64,000 nt of DNA from an uncultured Alphaproteobacteria bacterium (GTDB taxonomy: Bacteria > Pseudomonadota > Alphaproteobacteria > Rhizobiales > Hyphomicrobiaceae). Position 1 is the stretch's first letter, and each line of letters begins with the position of its first letter. Of the stretch, positions 1 through 9,454 are shown in pieces. Made by a program: the position numbers and the translations under genes. The stretch lies in contig CAWIYZ010000021.1 in assembly GCA_963840425.1 (NCBI GenBank), forward strand, positions 21,075 to 85,074. Reading direction: 5' to 3'. The notes below the pieces were generated by a model. That model did no database searches. It saw only the letters and a list, made by a program, of their open reading frames with translations, and had not been told where the DNA came from.

Positions 1-1
1 C

Positions 2-289
2 AACGCGCGACAGGTTCAGCGTAAGCTGCTCGGCAGTGGCGCAGCCTCCAACACGCCGGTCGTGATCGTGGAAAACGGCACGCGCGCCGACGAGCGAGCG
101 GTGGCGACGACGCTTGCTGATCTGGCAGCTGCCATCGAAACAGAGGCCATTGTCGGACCTGCGATCATTTTCCTGGGGCTGGATTGGCGCGATGCTCAGC
201 TGTCCCGGCCGGCTCGCGTGCACGTCTTTCAATCCGAAAAGTCACGGCACTTCAATCAAGCTGTGCTGAGCGTGGAGAAAGCCGCATGA
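2..289 (+). CDS. Uroporphyrinogen-III C-methyltransferase / siroheme synthase, C-terminal fragment (5' end outside window)
   Basis: The frame is open from the window edge (NARQVQRKLLGSGAASNTPVVIVENGTRADERAVATTLADL...IIFLG) and resembles the C-terminal end of CobA/CysG methyltransferases. TGA 287-289 overlaps ATG 286-288 of the next gene (ATGA coupling). It lies directly upstream of the sulfite reductase genes. Confidence 0.6.
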   Translation, partial: NARQVQRKLLGSGAASNTPVVIVENGTRADERAVATTLADLAAAIETEAIVGPAIIFLGLDWRDAQLSRPARVHVFQSEKSRHFNQAVLSVEKAA

Positions 290-2052
290 CCGCGCTCTTG
301 CCAAGAACGGCGCCCTTCGCTCCGGAGGAGATCGAGGCCCTCAACAGTGTGGTTGCGCGCTCGACGCCGCTGCAGCGAAGCTGGCTGGCTGGCTTTCTCG
401 CTGGGCTCGAGGCCGCCGGCGGACAGGCAGTTCAGCCAGCCGTTGCACCGCGCCCGCGCGTTCCGCTGACCCTTCTCTATGCCAGTGAGTCGGGCAATGC
501 CGAAGGCCTCGCGCTGAAGGCACGCAAGCATGCGCAGCGGCTGGGCTTTGACGCACGTGTCGTGGACATGGCAGACGCTGATCTCGCCGCATTGGCGAAA
601 GCGCAAAATCTCGTCGTGTTCGCCGCCACGTGGGGCGAAGGCGATCCGCCGCAGCGCGCAGCAGAGTTCTACACCAACCTTATGTCCGACAGCGTATCTC
701 GGCTCGAGGGCGTCCGCTTTGCCGTGCTGTCGCTGGGCGATACGGCGTACATCAATTTTTGTTCGGTCGGTAAGGCCATTGATGCTCGACTGGAGGCGTT
801 AGGCGGCGTGCGCGCGGCTGACCGCGTCGATCTGGATCTTGATTTTGCCAAGAAGGCCGCAGATTGGACCGAGCGCATTCTGACGCAGCTTGCACCTGAA
901 GAATCAGATGCGGCAGCACGCGTCGTGCGGGTTGATTTCCGTGGCGCTTCACAGGCGGCCGATGAGGCAGCCTTCACGGCCGAGACACCGCTCGAAGCCG
1001 AGATCACCTCCGCAATAAGTCTGAATGGCACGGGATCCAGCAGCGAGACGTGGCACATCGAGCTGGCCACCGACGCGGTCGGCTACGCCTATGAGCCGGG
1101 CGATGCGATCGGAGTGATCGCGGAAAACGATGCGGGGCTCGCGGCCGAGCTGGCGACGGTCGTTGGTCTCGGTGATGATGCAGAGCTGGTGCGTAAGCTC
1201 GTGACGAGCTACGACATTACGACGCTGACACGGCCCCTGGTCGAAGCCTATGGCCGGCTGACCGGCCGCACTGATGTGGCACAGCTCGCCGACGCGGAAG
1301 CGTTCCAACGCTTTGCTGCCGATCGGCAGATCATCGATCTGTTCTCCGGTTTCACCGAAAAGCTCACGGCTGACCAGCTGCAAGGTCTATTGCGCCCGTT
1401 GCCCTCGCGCCTGTACTCGGTTGCATCGAGTCTCAAGGCGCATCCGGGCGAGACGCATCTGCTTGTCTCGGCCGTTCGCTGGCGCTCGCATGGGCGCGAC
1501 CGCACGGGCGTCGCTTCCACTTGGCTCGCTGATTGGCGCAAGGTCGGAGAGAGCGCAAAGCTCTATGTGAAGCGGAACCGGCACTTCAAACTACCCAAGG
1601 ATTCCGCAATGCCGATCATCATGATCGGCGCAGGAACAGGCGTAGCTCCCTTTCGCGGCTTCGTCGAGGAGCGGGCCGAGGCCGGGATTACGTCGCCAAG
1701 CTGGCTGTTCTTCGGCGCGCGCAACTACACCAACGATTTCCTATACCAGCTCGAATGGCAGGATTACCTAAAGAGCCGGGCGCTGGGGCGCACCGACGTG
1801 GCCTTCTCGCGCGACCAACCCGAGAAGATCTACGTTCAACATAGACTTTGGGAGCGGCGCGACGAGATCCGTGGCTGGTTAGCCGACGGGGCACACGTCT
1901 ACGTGTGTGGCGATGAGAAGGGCCTTGGCCGGGATGTCGACGCCACGCTGGCACGCATTCTGGCGGAGCCGCTGAACGGCGATACGGCTGCCGGCAAGTC
2001 CCAGCTTTCCGATCTTGTTCGGGCCGGCCGCTACCAGCGCGACGTTTACTGA
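286..2052 (+). CDS. cysJ: Sulfite reductase (NADPH) flavoprotein alpha component
   Basis: ORF 184-2052; preferred ATG at 286 (MTALLPRTAPF) overlaps the upstream stop. It has a flavodoxin-like segment (LLYASESGNAEGLA), an FAD-binding RLYSVASS motif and NADPH-binding motifs (MIGAGTGVAPFRGF, VYVCGD) of the CysJ/CPR family. Confidence 0.85.
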   Translation: MTALLPRTAPFAPEEIEALNSVVARSTPLQRSWLAGFLAGLEAAGGQAVQPAVAPRPRVPLTLLYASESGNAEGLALKARKHAQRLGFDARVVDMADADLAALAKAQNLVVFAATWGEGDPPQRAAEFYTNLMSDSVSRLEGVRFAVLSLGDTAYINFCSVGKAIDARLEALGGVRAADRVDLDLDFAKKAADWTERILTQLAPEESDAAARVVRVDFRGASQAADEAAFTAETPLEAEITSAISLNGTGSSSETWHIELATDAVGYAYEPGDAIGVIAENDAGLAAELATVVGLGDDAELVRKLVTSYDITTLTRPLVEAYGRLTGRTDVAQLADAEAFQRFAADRQIIDLFSGFTEKLTADQLQGLLRPLPSRLYSVASSLKAHPGETHLLVSAVRWRSHGRDRTGVASTWLADWRKVGESAKLYVKRNRHFKLPKDSAMPIIMIGAGTGVAPFRGFVEERAEAGITSPSWLFFGARNYTNDFLYQLEWQDYLKSRALGRTDVAFSRDQPEKIYVQHRLWERRDEIRGWLADGAHVYVCGDEKGLGRDVDATLARILAEPLNGDTAAGKSQLSDLVRAGRYQRDVY

Positions 2053-2131
2053 TCAGTCGAATACCCAGGTCAAGGGCACCAAGAGCCGGAGCCGCCGCGA
2101 GGAAGAGCGCGGCAAGCCACGAGCACGAGCG

Positions 2132-3847
2132 ATGACTGACAAGCGTTCCAGAAACGAGATCATCAAGGAGCAGAGCCGACAGCTCCGCGGCACCATCGCG
2201 GAAGGTCTGGGCGAGGTCGTGACCGGCGCCATCTCGGAGGATGACGCCCAGCTCACTAAGTTTCACGGCACTTACTTACAGGACGACCGCGATGTGCGCG
2301 GCGAACGCTCGAAGAAGAAGCTGGAGAAGGCCTTCAGCTTCATGATCCGCGTGCGCTTGCCTGGTGGTCTCGTCACGCCGGCGCAATGGCTGGCGCTAGA
2401 TCGCATCGCCGACGACTACAGCAATGGCACTCTGCGCTTGACGACAAGACAGACGTTCCAGTTCCACGGCGTCATCAAGACCAACCTCAAGCACACCATG
2501 CAGGCGATCAATGCGGCCCTGCTGGATACCATCGCGGCATGTGGAGACGTGAACCGGAACGTGCTCTCGGCAGCCAACCCGTTCCTGTCCTCGGCGCATG
2601 CGGATGCCTATTCCTTGGCGGGCCGGATCAGCGCGCACCTGCTACCGCGGACAGGCGCGTATCACGAGATCTGGCTCGACGGGGAGAAAGTCGAGGATGC
2701 GAGCCGGCCAGCCGGCGCAAGCGAGGAGCCGATCTACGGCGCCCATTATCTTCCCCGCAAATTCAAGGCCGCCGTAGCAGTCCCGCCGGTGAACGATGTC
2801 GATGTGTTCGCGCAAGATCTTAGCTTCATCGCCATCGTCGAGAAGGGCAAGGTTGCAGGCTACAACGTGACAGCAGGCGGAGGCATGGGCATGACCCATG
2901 GCGAGCTCAACACGTTTCCGCGCCTTGCCGATGTTCTAGGGTTCTGCACGCCTGAGCAGGCCGTAGATGTCGCGGAGAAGATCGTTACGGTGCAACGCGA
3001 CTGGGGCAACCGCGAGGATCGCAAGCGCGCACGCCTCAAGTACACGATCGAGGACCGGGGGCTTGAGGCTTTCCGCAAGGAGGTCGAGAACCGGCTTGGC
3101 TACGAGCTCGGGGCCGCGCGCGATTTCCACTTTGAGCGTACGGGCGACGAGATTGGATGGCAGCGCGGCGCCGACAAGAAATGGCACCTGACACTGTTCA
3201 TCGAGAACGGACGGGTCAAGGATCGGCCGGGCCACGAGTTGCGCGCCGCGCTCCGGAAGATTGCGGAATTTCACTCTGGCAGCTTCGTCCTGACCAACAA
3301 CCAGAACGTTATCATCTCTCAAGTGTCACCCGCGCAGAAGCGCAGGATAGACGCCATCCTCACCGAGCACGGCATCGGCCTCGAGACCTTGTCAGGTTTG
3401 CGGCGCAACAGCATGGCGTGCGTTGCCTTGCCGACTTGCGGGCTGGCCCTGGCCGAGAGCGAGCGCTACCTGCCCGATCTCATCGGCAAGATCGAGGATG
3501 TGCTGGACAAAGCCGGCCTCAAGGAGGACGACATAGTTATCCGCATGACAGGTTGCCCCAACGGGTGCGCGCGTCCCTACGTCGCCGAGATCGGACTCGT
3601 TGGACGCTCACCCGGGCTTTACAACCTCTACCTCGGCGCGGCCTTCGACGGTTCGCGCTTGAACAAGCTGTATGCTCGCGACGCCGATGAGGAACGGATC
3701 GTCGCCGCGCTCGAGCCGATGTTGCATCGCTACGCCAAGGAGCGCAATCAGGCGGAGCGCTTCGGTGATTTTGTCATTCGCGCCGGATACGTGAAGCCGA
3801 CGACAGCCGGCAACACGTTCCACGCTGATCTGGCACCCGGCCTGTAG
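2132..3847 (+). CDS. cysI: Sulfite reductase (NADPH) hemoprotein beta component
   Basis: ORF 2015-3847; ATG at 2132 (MTDKRSRNEIIKEQS). It shows the duplicated nitrite/sulfite reductase fold and the siroheme-[4Fe-4S] cysteine cluster (MACVALPTCGLA ... TGCPNGCARP). Confidence 0.9.
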   Translation: MTDKRSRNEIIKEQSRQLRGTIAEGLGEVVTGAISEDDAQLTKFHGTYLQDDRDVRGERSKKKLEKAFSFMIRVRLPGGLVTPAQWLALDRIADDYSNGTLRLTTRQTFQFHGVIKTNLKHTMQAINAALLDTIAACGDVNRNVLSAANPFLSSAHADAYSLAGRISAHLLPRTGAYHEIWLDGEKVEDASRPAGASEEPIYGAHYLPRKFKAAVAVPPVNDVDVFAQDLSFIAIVEKGKVAGYNVTAGGGMGMTHGELNTFPRLADVLGFCTPEQAVDVAEKIVTVQRDWGNREDRKRARLKYTIEDRGLEAFRKEVENRLGYELGAARDFHFERTGDEIGWQRGADKKWHLTLFIENGRVKDRPGHELRAALRKIAEFHSGSFVLTNNQNVIISQVSPAQKRRIDAILTEHGIGLETLSGLRRNSMACVALPTCGLALAESERYLPDLIGKIEDVLDKAGLKEDDIVIRMTGCPNGCARPYVAEIGLVGRSPGLYNLYLGAAFDGSRLNKLYARDADEERIVAALEPMLHRYAKERNQAERFGDFVIRAGYVKPTTAGNTFHADLAPGL

Positions 3848-3854
3848 GCGGTGA

Positions 3855-5045
3855 CTACCACGCCAGCTCGAGGATCTCGCGCACGTCCTCGACCGTCTTG
3901 ATCGGGCGAGGATTGACCTTCACAGGCTTGTAGCCGAGCGAGCGTTTGGCCAACTCGTCCAAGTTCTCGCGCTTGATGCCAACGGCTCGGAGACTGCCAG
4001 GTTGATCCAAGCCTGCGACCAGCTTCGCAACAAGATCGCTCGCTGACTGATCTGGCGCGCCCATCGCCTCGGAAAGTGCGCGCTGACGATCGCCATTCAC
4101 CTTCGCATTCCAGCGCAGCACGGCCGGCAGCATGACGCAGGACGTATGCCCGTGCGCGACGCCGAACGTAGAGCCTAGCGCATAGCCGATACCATGGCTG
4201 GCGCCGCTGCCGGCACCCGCAGTGGACGCCGCGATGGCCTGCCACATGCCGAACTGCGCTTCCAGGCGCGGCTTCAAGTCCTTGGGATTGGCCTTGATCG
4301 CGGGCAGCGCACGCGACAGCAGCTTCAAGCCCTGCAGGGACAAAGGTTCTGTCGCCGGATTGGCAAGCGTGGAGCAGTAGCTTTCCACCGCATGGTCCAC
4401 TGAACGAATACCGGTGCAGAACAACAACCAATCCGGCGTGTCGAGCGTGGCCTCGGGATCGAGGATCACGGTGCGTGGTGCGAATAGGCGGTGTCCGAAA
4501 GACTGCTTGGAGCTGGTACGGGTATCCGTCACGCCCGCAGCCGGGGTGAACTCTGAGGCAGATAGCGTGGTGGAGACTGCCAGCATGCGAATTGGATCTG
4601 CGGGTATGACTACGGGCGCACTCTTCGAGCCGTCGAGGCCGGCGCGATAGGGCTCCATGGCGTCGATTGTCTCCAGGCCCAGCCATAGACAGAGCTGCAT
4701 CGTCTTGGTCGCATCGATGACCGAGCCGCCACCCACCGCAACGAGTAGATCGGCCTTGGCCGCGCGCGCGTCGTTGGCGCCCGCAATGATGTCCTCGCGC
4801 GGGCTGTGCGCGCTGATGGCGGTGTAGGTCCCCACGTGTCGGTCGCCGAGCGCGCGCTCGATACGCTGCAGGGGACCGTTCTTGAGCTTGGCCAGCGAGC
4901 GGGTGGACGTCACGAACACGCGCGAAGCGCCGTAGCGGGCGGCTTCAGAAACCACCGCCTCGGCGGCCGGCCTGCCGAAAATGATGCGTTCCACGGCGTT
5001 GATCGTAAAATGGCCGGTCGTCAGTCCGGCATGCGCGTCGCTCAT
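3855..5045 (-). CDS. Iron-containing alcohol dehydrogenase family protein (maleylacetate reductase-like)
   Basis: Only the 3' 1.19 kb of the 1146-aa ORF is credible. ATG at 5045 (MSDAHAGLTTGHF), 396 aa. It carries the GGGSVIDATK motif and His-rich metal-site motifs (SVDHAVESY, HGIGYALG...HGH) of Fe-ADH. Confidence 0.85.
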   Translation of the reverse strand: MSDAHAGLTTGHFTINAVERIIFGRPAAEAVVSEAARYGASRVFVTSTRSLAKLKNGPLQRIERALGDRHVGTYTAISAHSPREDIIAGANDARAAKADLLVAVGGGSVIDATKTMQLCLWLGLETIDAMEPYRAGLDGSKSAPVVIPADPIRMLAVSTTLSASEFTPAAGVTDTRTSSKQSFGHRLFAPRTVILDPEATLDTPDWLLFCTGIRSVDHAVESYCSTLANPATEPLSLQGLKLLSRALPAIKANPKDLKPRLEAQFGMWQAIAASTAGAGSGASHGIGYALGSTFGVAHGHTSCVMLPAVLRWNAKVNGDRQRALSEAMGAPDQSASDLVAKLVAGLDQPGSLRAVGIKRENLDELAKRSLGYKPVKVNPRPIKTVEDVREILELAW

Positions 5046-5213
5046 TGGGGCATCTCTCCAGCGGTCTCGTTCTAGCTGACCGAGACTAGACCAAATTTTG
5101 CGCCTGCCGCTATGCCCAACGACCACTTGTGGCGGCCCGCAACGAAGGGCTCGACGCGTGGTCCGGCAAGATGACACACTAGAGGCAATGATCGACATCT
5201 GCAGGGAGCTGAC

Positions 5214-6116
5214 ATGAGCAAGGAACTGGGTTTCATCGGCGTGGGGAACATGGGCCTGCCGATGGCGCGGCGGCTGATCGAGGCCGGGTACAGCCTGACG
5301 ATCTTCGACCTCCGGCGTGAGCCGGTTCAGCGCCTCGTGCAGCTCGGCGCCAAGGCCGCGTCCTCGCCCAAGGACGTGGCCGATCAGTGTGAGACCGTGT
5401 TCGTCAGCCTGCCTACGCCGTCGATCATCAAGGAAGTAACGCTGGGCAAGGACGGGGCTGCGCTCGGCACACGCATCAAGCGGTTCGTCGATTTGTCCAC
5501 CACCGGTCCAACGGCTTCGATTGCCCTCGCCAAGGAGCTTGCCGCCAAGAAAATCCTGCATCTGGATGCGCCCGTATCCGGCGGTGTTGCCGGTGCCGAG
5601 AAAGGCACCGTGGCCGTCATGGTGTCGGGCCCCAAGGCCGAGTACGAGTCGCTTAAGTCCGCGTTCGAGGTCATCGGCAAAGTCTTCTTCGTCGGCGACA
5701 AGCCCGGCCTCGGGCAAACCATGAAGCTCTGCAACAACATGATGTCTGCGGCCGCGATGGCCATCACGGCAGAAGCTGTAGTGATGGGCGTCAAGGGCGG
5801 GCTCGATCCCGAGATGATGGTGCAGGTCATCAACGCTGGGTCTGGCGCTAACACCGCCATCCGCGACAAGGTGCCGAGGTCGGTCATGACGCGCACGTTC
5901 GACTACGGCTTCAGCAATGCCCTCATGTACAAGGACGTGAAGCTCTGCATGGAGGAAGCCGAAGCCATTGGCGCGCAGATGTTCGTCGGTGCCGCCGTGC
6001 GCAGCATGTGGGAGCTGACCAACACCCAGTTCGGTGGCGACAAGGACCTCACCACCATCTTCCAACTCGTCGAGAAGTGGGCCGGCGTCGAAGTGCGCGG
6101 CAAGAAAAAGGCCTGA
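5214..6116 (+). CDS. NAD(P)-dependent oxidoreductase, 3-hydroxyisobutyrate / 2-hydroxy-3-oxopropionate reductase family
   Basis: N-terminal Rossmann motif GFIGVGNMGLPMA; the SGGVAGAEKGT and KLCNN motifs are typical of the HIBADH family. Confidence 0.85.
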   Translation: MSKELGFIGVGNMGLPMARRLIEAGYSLTIFDLRREPVQRLVQLGAKAASSPKDVADQCETVFVSLPTPSIIKEVTLGKDGAALGTRIKRFVDLSTTGPTASIALAKELAAKKILHLDAPVSGGVAGAEKGTVAVMVSGPKAEYESLKSAFEVIGKVFFVGDKPGLGQTMKLCNNMMSAAAMAITAEAVVMGVKGGLDPEMMVQVINAGSGANTAIRDKVPRSVMTRTFDYGFSNALMYKDVKLCMEEAEAIGAQMFVGAAVRSMWELTNTQFGGDKDLTTIFQLVEKWAGVEVRGKKKA

Positions 6117-6152
6117 ACGGCCTACACCTTCGAAGAATACGAGGAAGCGCCA

Positions 6153-7271
6153 ATGACGGATACGACGATTACGGGCCTCCGGACCACCCAGCTGCGCGTG
6201 CCATGGGTGGGTGAGCCGCCGCCGAACGGCATCATGGCGGCAGAGGACCGCCTCTACCTGGTCGTGGAGATCATGACGAAGGGCGGCCTCACCGGCATGG
6301 GCTACCTGCAGCCCTTGCGCGGCGGCATCGACACGATCGACACCTGCCTCAAGGAGATGATCGCGCCGATGATCCTCGGCCGCGATGCCACGGAGATCGA
6401 GGGTATCTGGCAGTCGATCTGGAAGGGCACCTACTGGATGGGTCGCATGGGCGTCACCGTGTTCGCCCAGTCGGCCGTCGACATCGCGCTGTGGGACATC
6501 GTCGGCAAGCGGGCCGGGCTGCCGCTCTACCGCCTGTGGGGCAAGTCGCGCAGCGAGGTCCAGGCCTACGGCTCCGGCTGCTGGCGTGGCCTCGGGCGTG
6601 ACGGCATGATCGACAAGGCCAAGCGCTTCACCGGCATGGGCATGAAAGCCATCAAGATGCAGGCGGCGCACATCCGGCCGTGGCGCGAGGACGTGAAGAA
6701 CGTGTTCGCCATGCGCGAGGCGGTCGGTCCCGACATCGAGATCATGATCGACGTCAACATGGGTTGGACCGCCGACACGGCGATACAGGCCGGCCGCCAC
6801 TTCGACGATGTGGATGTGTACTGGATGGAGGAGCCCGTCGTCTGCGAGGACTTCGAGGGCTACAAGCGCGTCGCAGCCGCGCTCAAGACGCGCGTAGTGG
6901 GCGGGGAGACCCATTTCACGCGCTACGACATGCGTCCCTTCTTCATCACGCCCAGCACGCCGATCCTGCAGCCGGACATGATGCGCGGCGGCCTGACCGA
7001 GCTGCGCAAGATCGCCGTCATTGCCGACACCTGGGGCATTCAAATCGCGCCGCACCTGTTCCACGAGCTGATGGTGCACGTGCTGTGCTCGATCCCCAAC
7101 GCCAACTACGCCGAGTACATGGACTGGAACGACGACATCTGGGTCGAGTCGGCTATTCCGAAGAACGGCATGCTTAGGCCACTCGAAGTGCCGGGGCATG
7201 GGCTGCGGTTCAGGCCGGAGCTGCTCAAGGACAACCGCATCAGCGGATTTGAGCTGCACCACAAAGGCTGA
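6153..7271 (+). CDS. Mandelate racemase / muconate lactonizing enzyme family protein (enolase superfamily)
   Basis: Capping domain plus TIM barrel, with a metal-ligand pattern (IKMQ, IDVNMGW, WMEEP, GGE) typical of acid-sugar dehydratase/racemase members. Confidence 0.85.
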   Translation: MTDTTITGLRTTQLRVPWVGEPPPNGIMAAEDRLYLVVEIMTKGGLTGMGYLQPLRGGIDTIDTCLKEMIAPMILGRDATEIEGIWQSIWKGTYWMGRMGVTVFAQSAVDIALWDIVGKRAGLPLYRLWGKSRSEVQAYGSGCWRGLGRDGMIDKAKRFTGMGMKAIKMQAAHIRPWREDVKNVFAMREAVGPDIEIMIDVNMGWTADTAIQAGRHFDDVDVYWMEEPVVCEDFEGYKRVAAALKTRVVGGETHFTRYDMRPFFITPSTPILQPDMMRGGLTELRKIAVIADTWGIQIAPHLFHELMVHVLCSIPNANYAEYMDWNDDIWVESAIPKNGMLRPLEVPGHGLRFRPELLKDNRISGFELHHKG

Positions 7272-7410
7272 GTGCTGTGGAGCAGGGCACCGCATCGATG
7301 CTTGATCGCGAGATTGGCGCGGCTTCGCCTGGGAGATCGCGTGGAATCCAGCGTGACCCGGCCCCGAGGGTTACGTGACCTTCGGGACCTGACTGCCGCG
7401 CGCCGCGCCG

Positions 7411-8592
7411 TCAGATCGCGCCGCGCTCGCGCAGCTTGGCGATGGCCGCGCTGTCGTAGCCCAGATCGCCGAGGATCTCCGCCGAGTGCTCGCCGAGATC
7501 GGGCGTCGGCTTCAATTCGGCCGGCTGCGGTGCGGCGGTCATGTTGATCGGCTGACCGACCACCTTGATCGCTCCGAGCTTCGGATGCGTCACGCCACGT
7601 GCAATCCCGAGGTGCTGCACCTGGGGTTCGGCAAAGGTCTTGTCGATCGTATTGATCGGCCCGCACGGCACGCCGGCCTTGTTCAGGGCATCGATCCAAT
7701 GCGCGCTCGTGTTCGTGCGGGTAATGGCCGCGATGCGCTCGTTCAGCGACTTGCGGTGCTGCGACCTGAGCTTGCCGGTCGCGTGATTGGGGTCGTTGAG
7801 CAGATCCTCCGCACCGATCGCCCGGCAAAAGCGCTCCCACAACCCCTGTCCCGCCGCCGCGATGTTGATGTGCCCGTCCGATGTCGGAAACACGCCGGTC
7901 GGGATCGAGGTCGGGTGATCGTTGCCCGCCTGCGGCGCCACCTCGCCGGCAATCAGCCAGCGCGCGGCCTGGAAGTCGAGCATGAAGATCTGAGCTTCGA
8001 GCAGGGACGTATGCACCCACTGGCCCACACCGGTTTTCTCGCGGTCGAGCAAGGCCAACGTGATGCCTTGCGCCAGCAGAAGTCCGGCCGTGAGATCCGC
8101 GATCGGAATGCCGACGCGGACGGGCCCTTGTCCCGGCAGGCCGGTAATGGACATGAGCCCGCCCATGCCCTGCGCGATCTGATCGACCCCGGGACGTTTG
8201 GCATCGGGGCCCGACTGGCCGAAGCCGGCAATGCTGCCGTAGACGATACGCGGGTTGATCTTTTTCAAGGTCTCGTAGTCGACGCCGAGCCGAAACTTCA
8301 CGTCCGAGCGGTAGTTCTCCACTACCACGTCCGCTTTCTCCGCCAGCTTGTAGAAGATCGCCCGGCCTTCCTCGGACTTGAGATTGAGGGTGAGCCCCCG
8401 CTTGTTGCGATGCAGGTTCTGGAAGTCGAAGCCGTGGCGGTTACCGCCCACCACGTCGCCCTTGGCCTCCGCCGGCGGCTCGATCTTGATGACCTGCGCG
8501 CCCCAGTCGGCGAGCTGGCGCACGGCCGTCGGACCGGCGCGATGCGCGGTGAGGTCGAGCACGCGAAAGCGGGAGAGCGGCAGCGAGGTCAT
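7411..8592 (-). CDS. Family III CoA-transferase (CaiB/BaiF type)
   Basis: N-terminal signature LSRFRVLDLTAHRAGPTAVRQLADWGAQVIKIEPP; 393 aa, as expected for this family. Confidence 0.85.
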   Translation of the reverse strand: MTSLPLSRFRVLDLTAHRAGPTAVRQLADWGAQVIKIEPPAEAKGDVVGGNRHGFDFQNLHRNKRGLTLNLKSEEGRAIFYKLAEKADVVVENYRSDVKFRLGVDYETLKKINPRIVYGSIAGFGQSGPDAKRPGVDQIAQGMGGLMSITGLPGQGPVRVGIPIADLTAGLLLAQGITLALLDREKTGVGQWVHTSLLEAQIFMLDFQAARWLIAGEVAPQAGNDHPTSIPTGVFPTSDGHINIAAAGQGLWERFCRAIGAEDLLNDPNHATGKLRSQHRKSLNERIAAITRTNTSAHWIDALNKAGVPCGPINTIDKTFAEPQVQHLGIARGVTHPKLGAIKVVGQPINMTAAPQPAELKPTPDLGEHSAEILGDLGYDSAAIAKLRERGAI

Positions 8593-8767
8593 TGTGTTGG
8601 CTCCGGGCAGCGAAAGCGAGATTGAATGCTAGGCCCAGTTGTGTTTGGCGTCTATGGCGGAGCAACATCCTGTGCGAACCCGCAGCTCCGCACTTACTGC
8701 AATAGCTTCAACTTGGTCCCTGAGTTAGTATCACGGCAGACTTTGTAGATTGGGACGTTGATGCGCC

Positions 8768-9436
8768 ATGGAGGCAATCCTCAATTTTATACAAGCTCAC
8801 AAGACTTACTTCGATGCCGCACACGCCCTTACTTCCGTTGTCAACCTTGTTGGCTGGTGCGCCGCAGCCGTTATTTTGGTCAGCGCCCGACGACGTATTG
8901 AAAGCCTCTCGTTTGGCCCGTTTACATTCAAGCTGAAGCAAGAGGCAGTGGAGGCTGCAACCATCGCTGCGCGCGCTTGGCAGGCAACCGTTCCTGATCA
9001 AAAGATCGACGTGCCGCGCATCCGAGCGACTGTTGAGAAGGCATTTGCACCAGAAGTTGCCAACAATATTATCGGTAAGTCGATTTTGTGGGTCGATGAT
9101 AACCCGGCTAACAATCTGTTCGCTGTACGCGCTCTTAGAAAGCTAAATTTGGATGTAGAGCAGACGACCAGCACAGAAGCTGCCATTGCAGCAATCGAGC
9201 GTCGATCTTTCGATTTGGTAATTTCCGACATGGGCCGCGGCCAGGACATGCGTGCTGGCTACGATCTTCTTAAACAGATACGTGATCGCGGCAGTCAGGT
9301 GCCATTCTTCATCTTTGCGGGAAGCGATAGGCCTGAATTCCGTCGGGAGGCAGCGACGCAAGGTGCACAGCTCTCGACCAACGACATGCTGGAGCTGATC
9401 GATCAAGTCGTTAAATACCTGGGTGCCCAAGGTTGA
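8768..9436 (+). CDS. Membrane-anchored receiver (REC) domain protein without output domain
   Basis: N-terminal hydrophobic helix (VVNLVGWCAAAVILV). The C-terminal CheY-like fold has an acidic pocket (ILWVDDNP) and a candidate phospho-acceptor in DLVISDM. The locus is visibly AT-richer than both flanks. Confidence 0.6.
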   Translation: MEAILNFIQAHKTYFDAAHALTSVVNLVGWCAAAVILVSARRRIESLSFGPFTFKLKQEAVEAATIAARAWQATVPDQKIDVPRIRATVEKAFAPEVANNIIGKSILWVDDNPANNLFAVRALRKLNLDVEQTTSTEAAIAAIERRSFDLVISDMGRGQDMRAGYDLLKQIRDRGSQVPFFIFAGSDRPEFRREAATQGAQLSTNDMLELIDQVVKYLGAQG

Positions 9437-9454
9437 GCGTCGCAACGGAGGCCC

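Noticed and set aside
184-285. N-terminal extensions offered by the ORF track for many genes (for example cysJ from 184, cysI from 2015, opgH from 22170, sucA from 49410, the RibD_C gene from 26761).
   Set aside because: The extensions overlap upstream genes or repeats, are Arg/Pro-rich, and internal ATGs give N-termini typical of the respective families.
5046-7295. Upper 2.2 kb of the 1146-aa minus-strand ORF (3855-7295), which would make a giant protein.
   Set aside because: Only the last 396 codons resemble a real protein (Fe-ADH). The rest is antisense to two well-supported plus-strand genes (5214-6116, 6153-7271) and has the Arg/Ala/His/Gly-rich composition typical of spurious ORFs in high-GC DNA.
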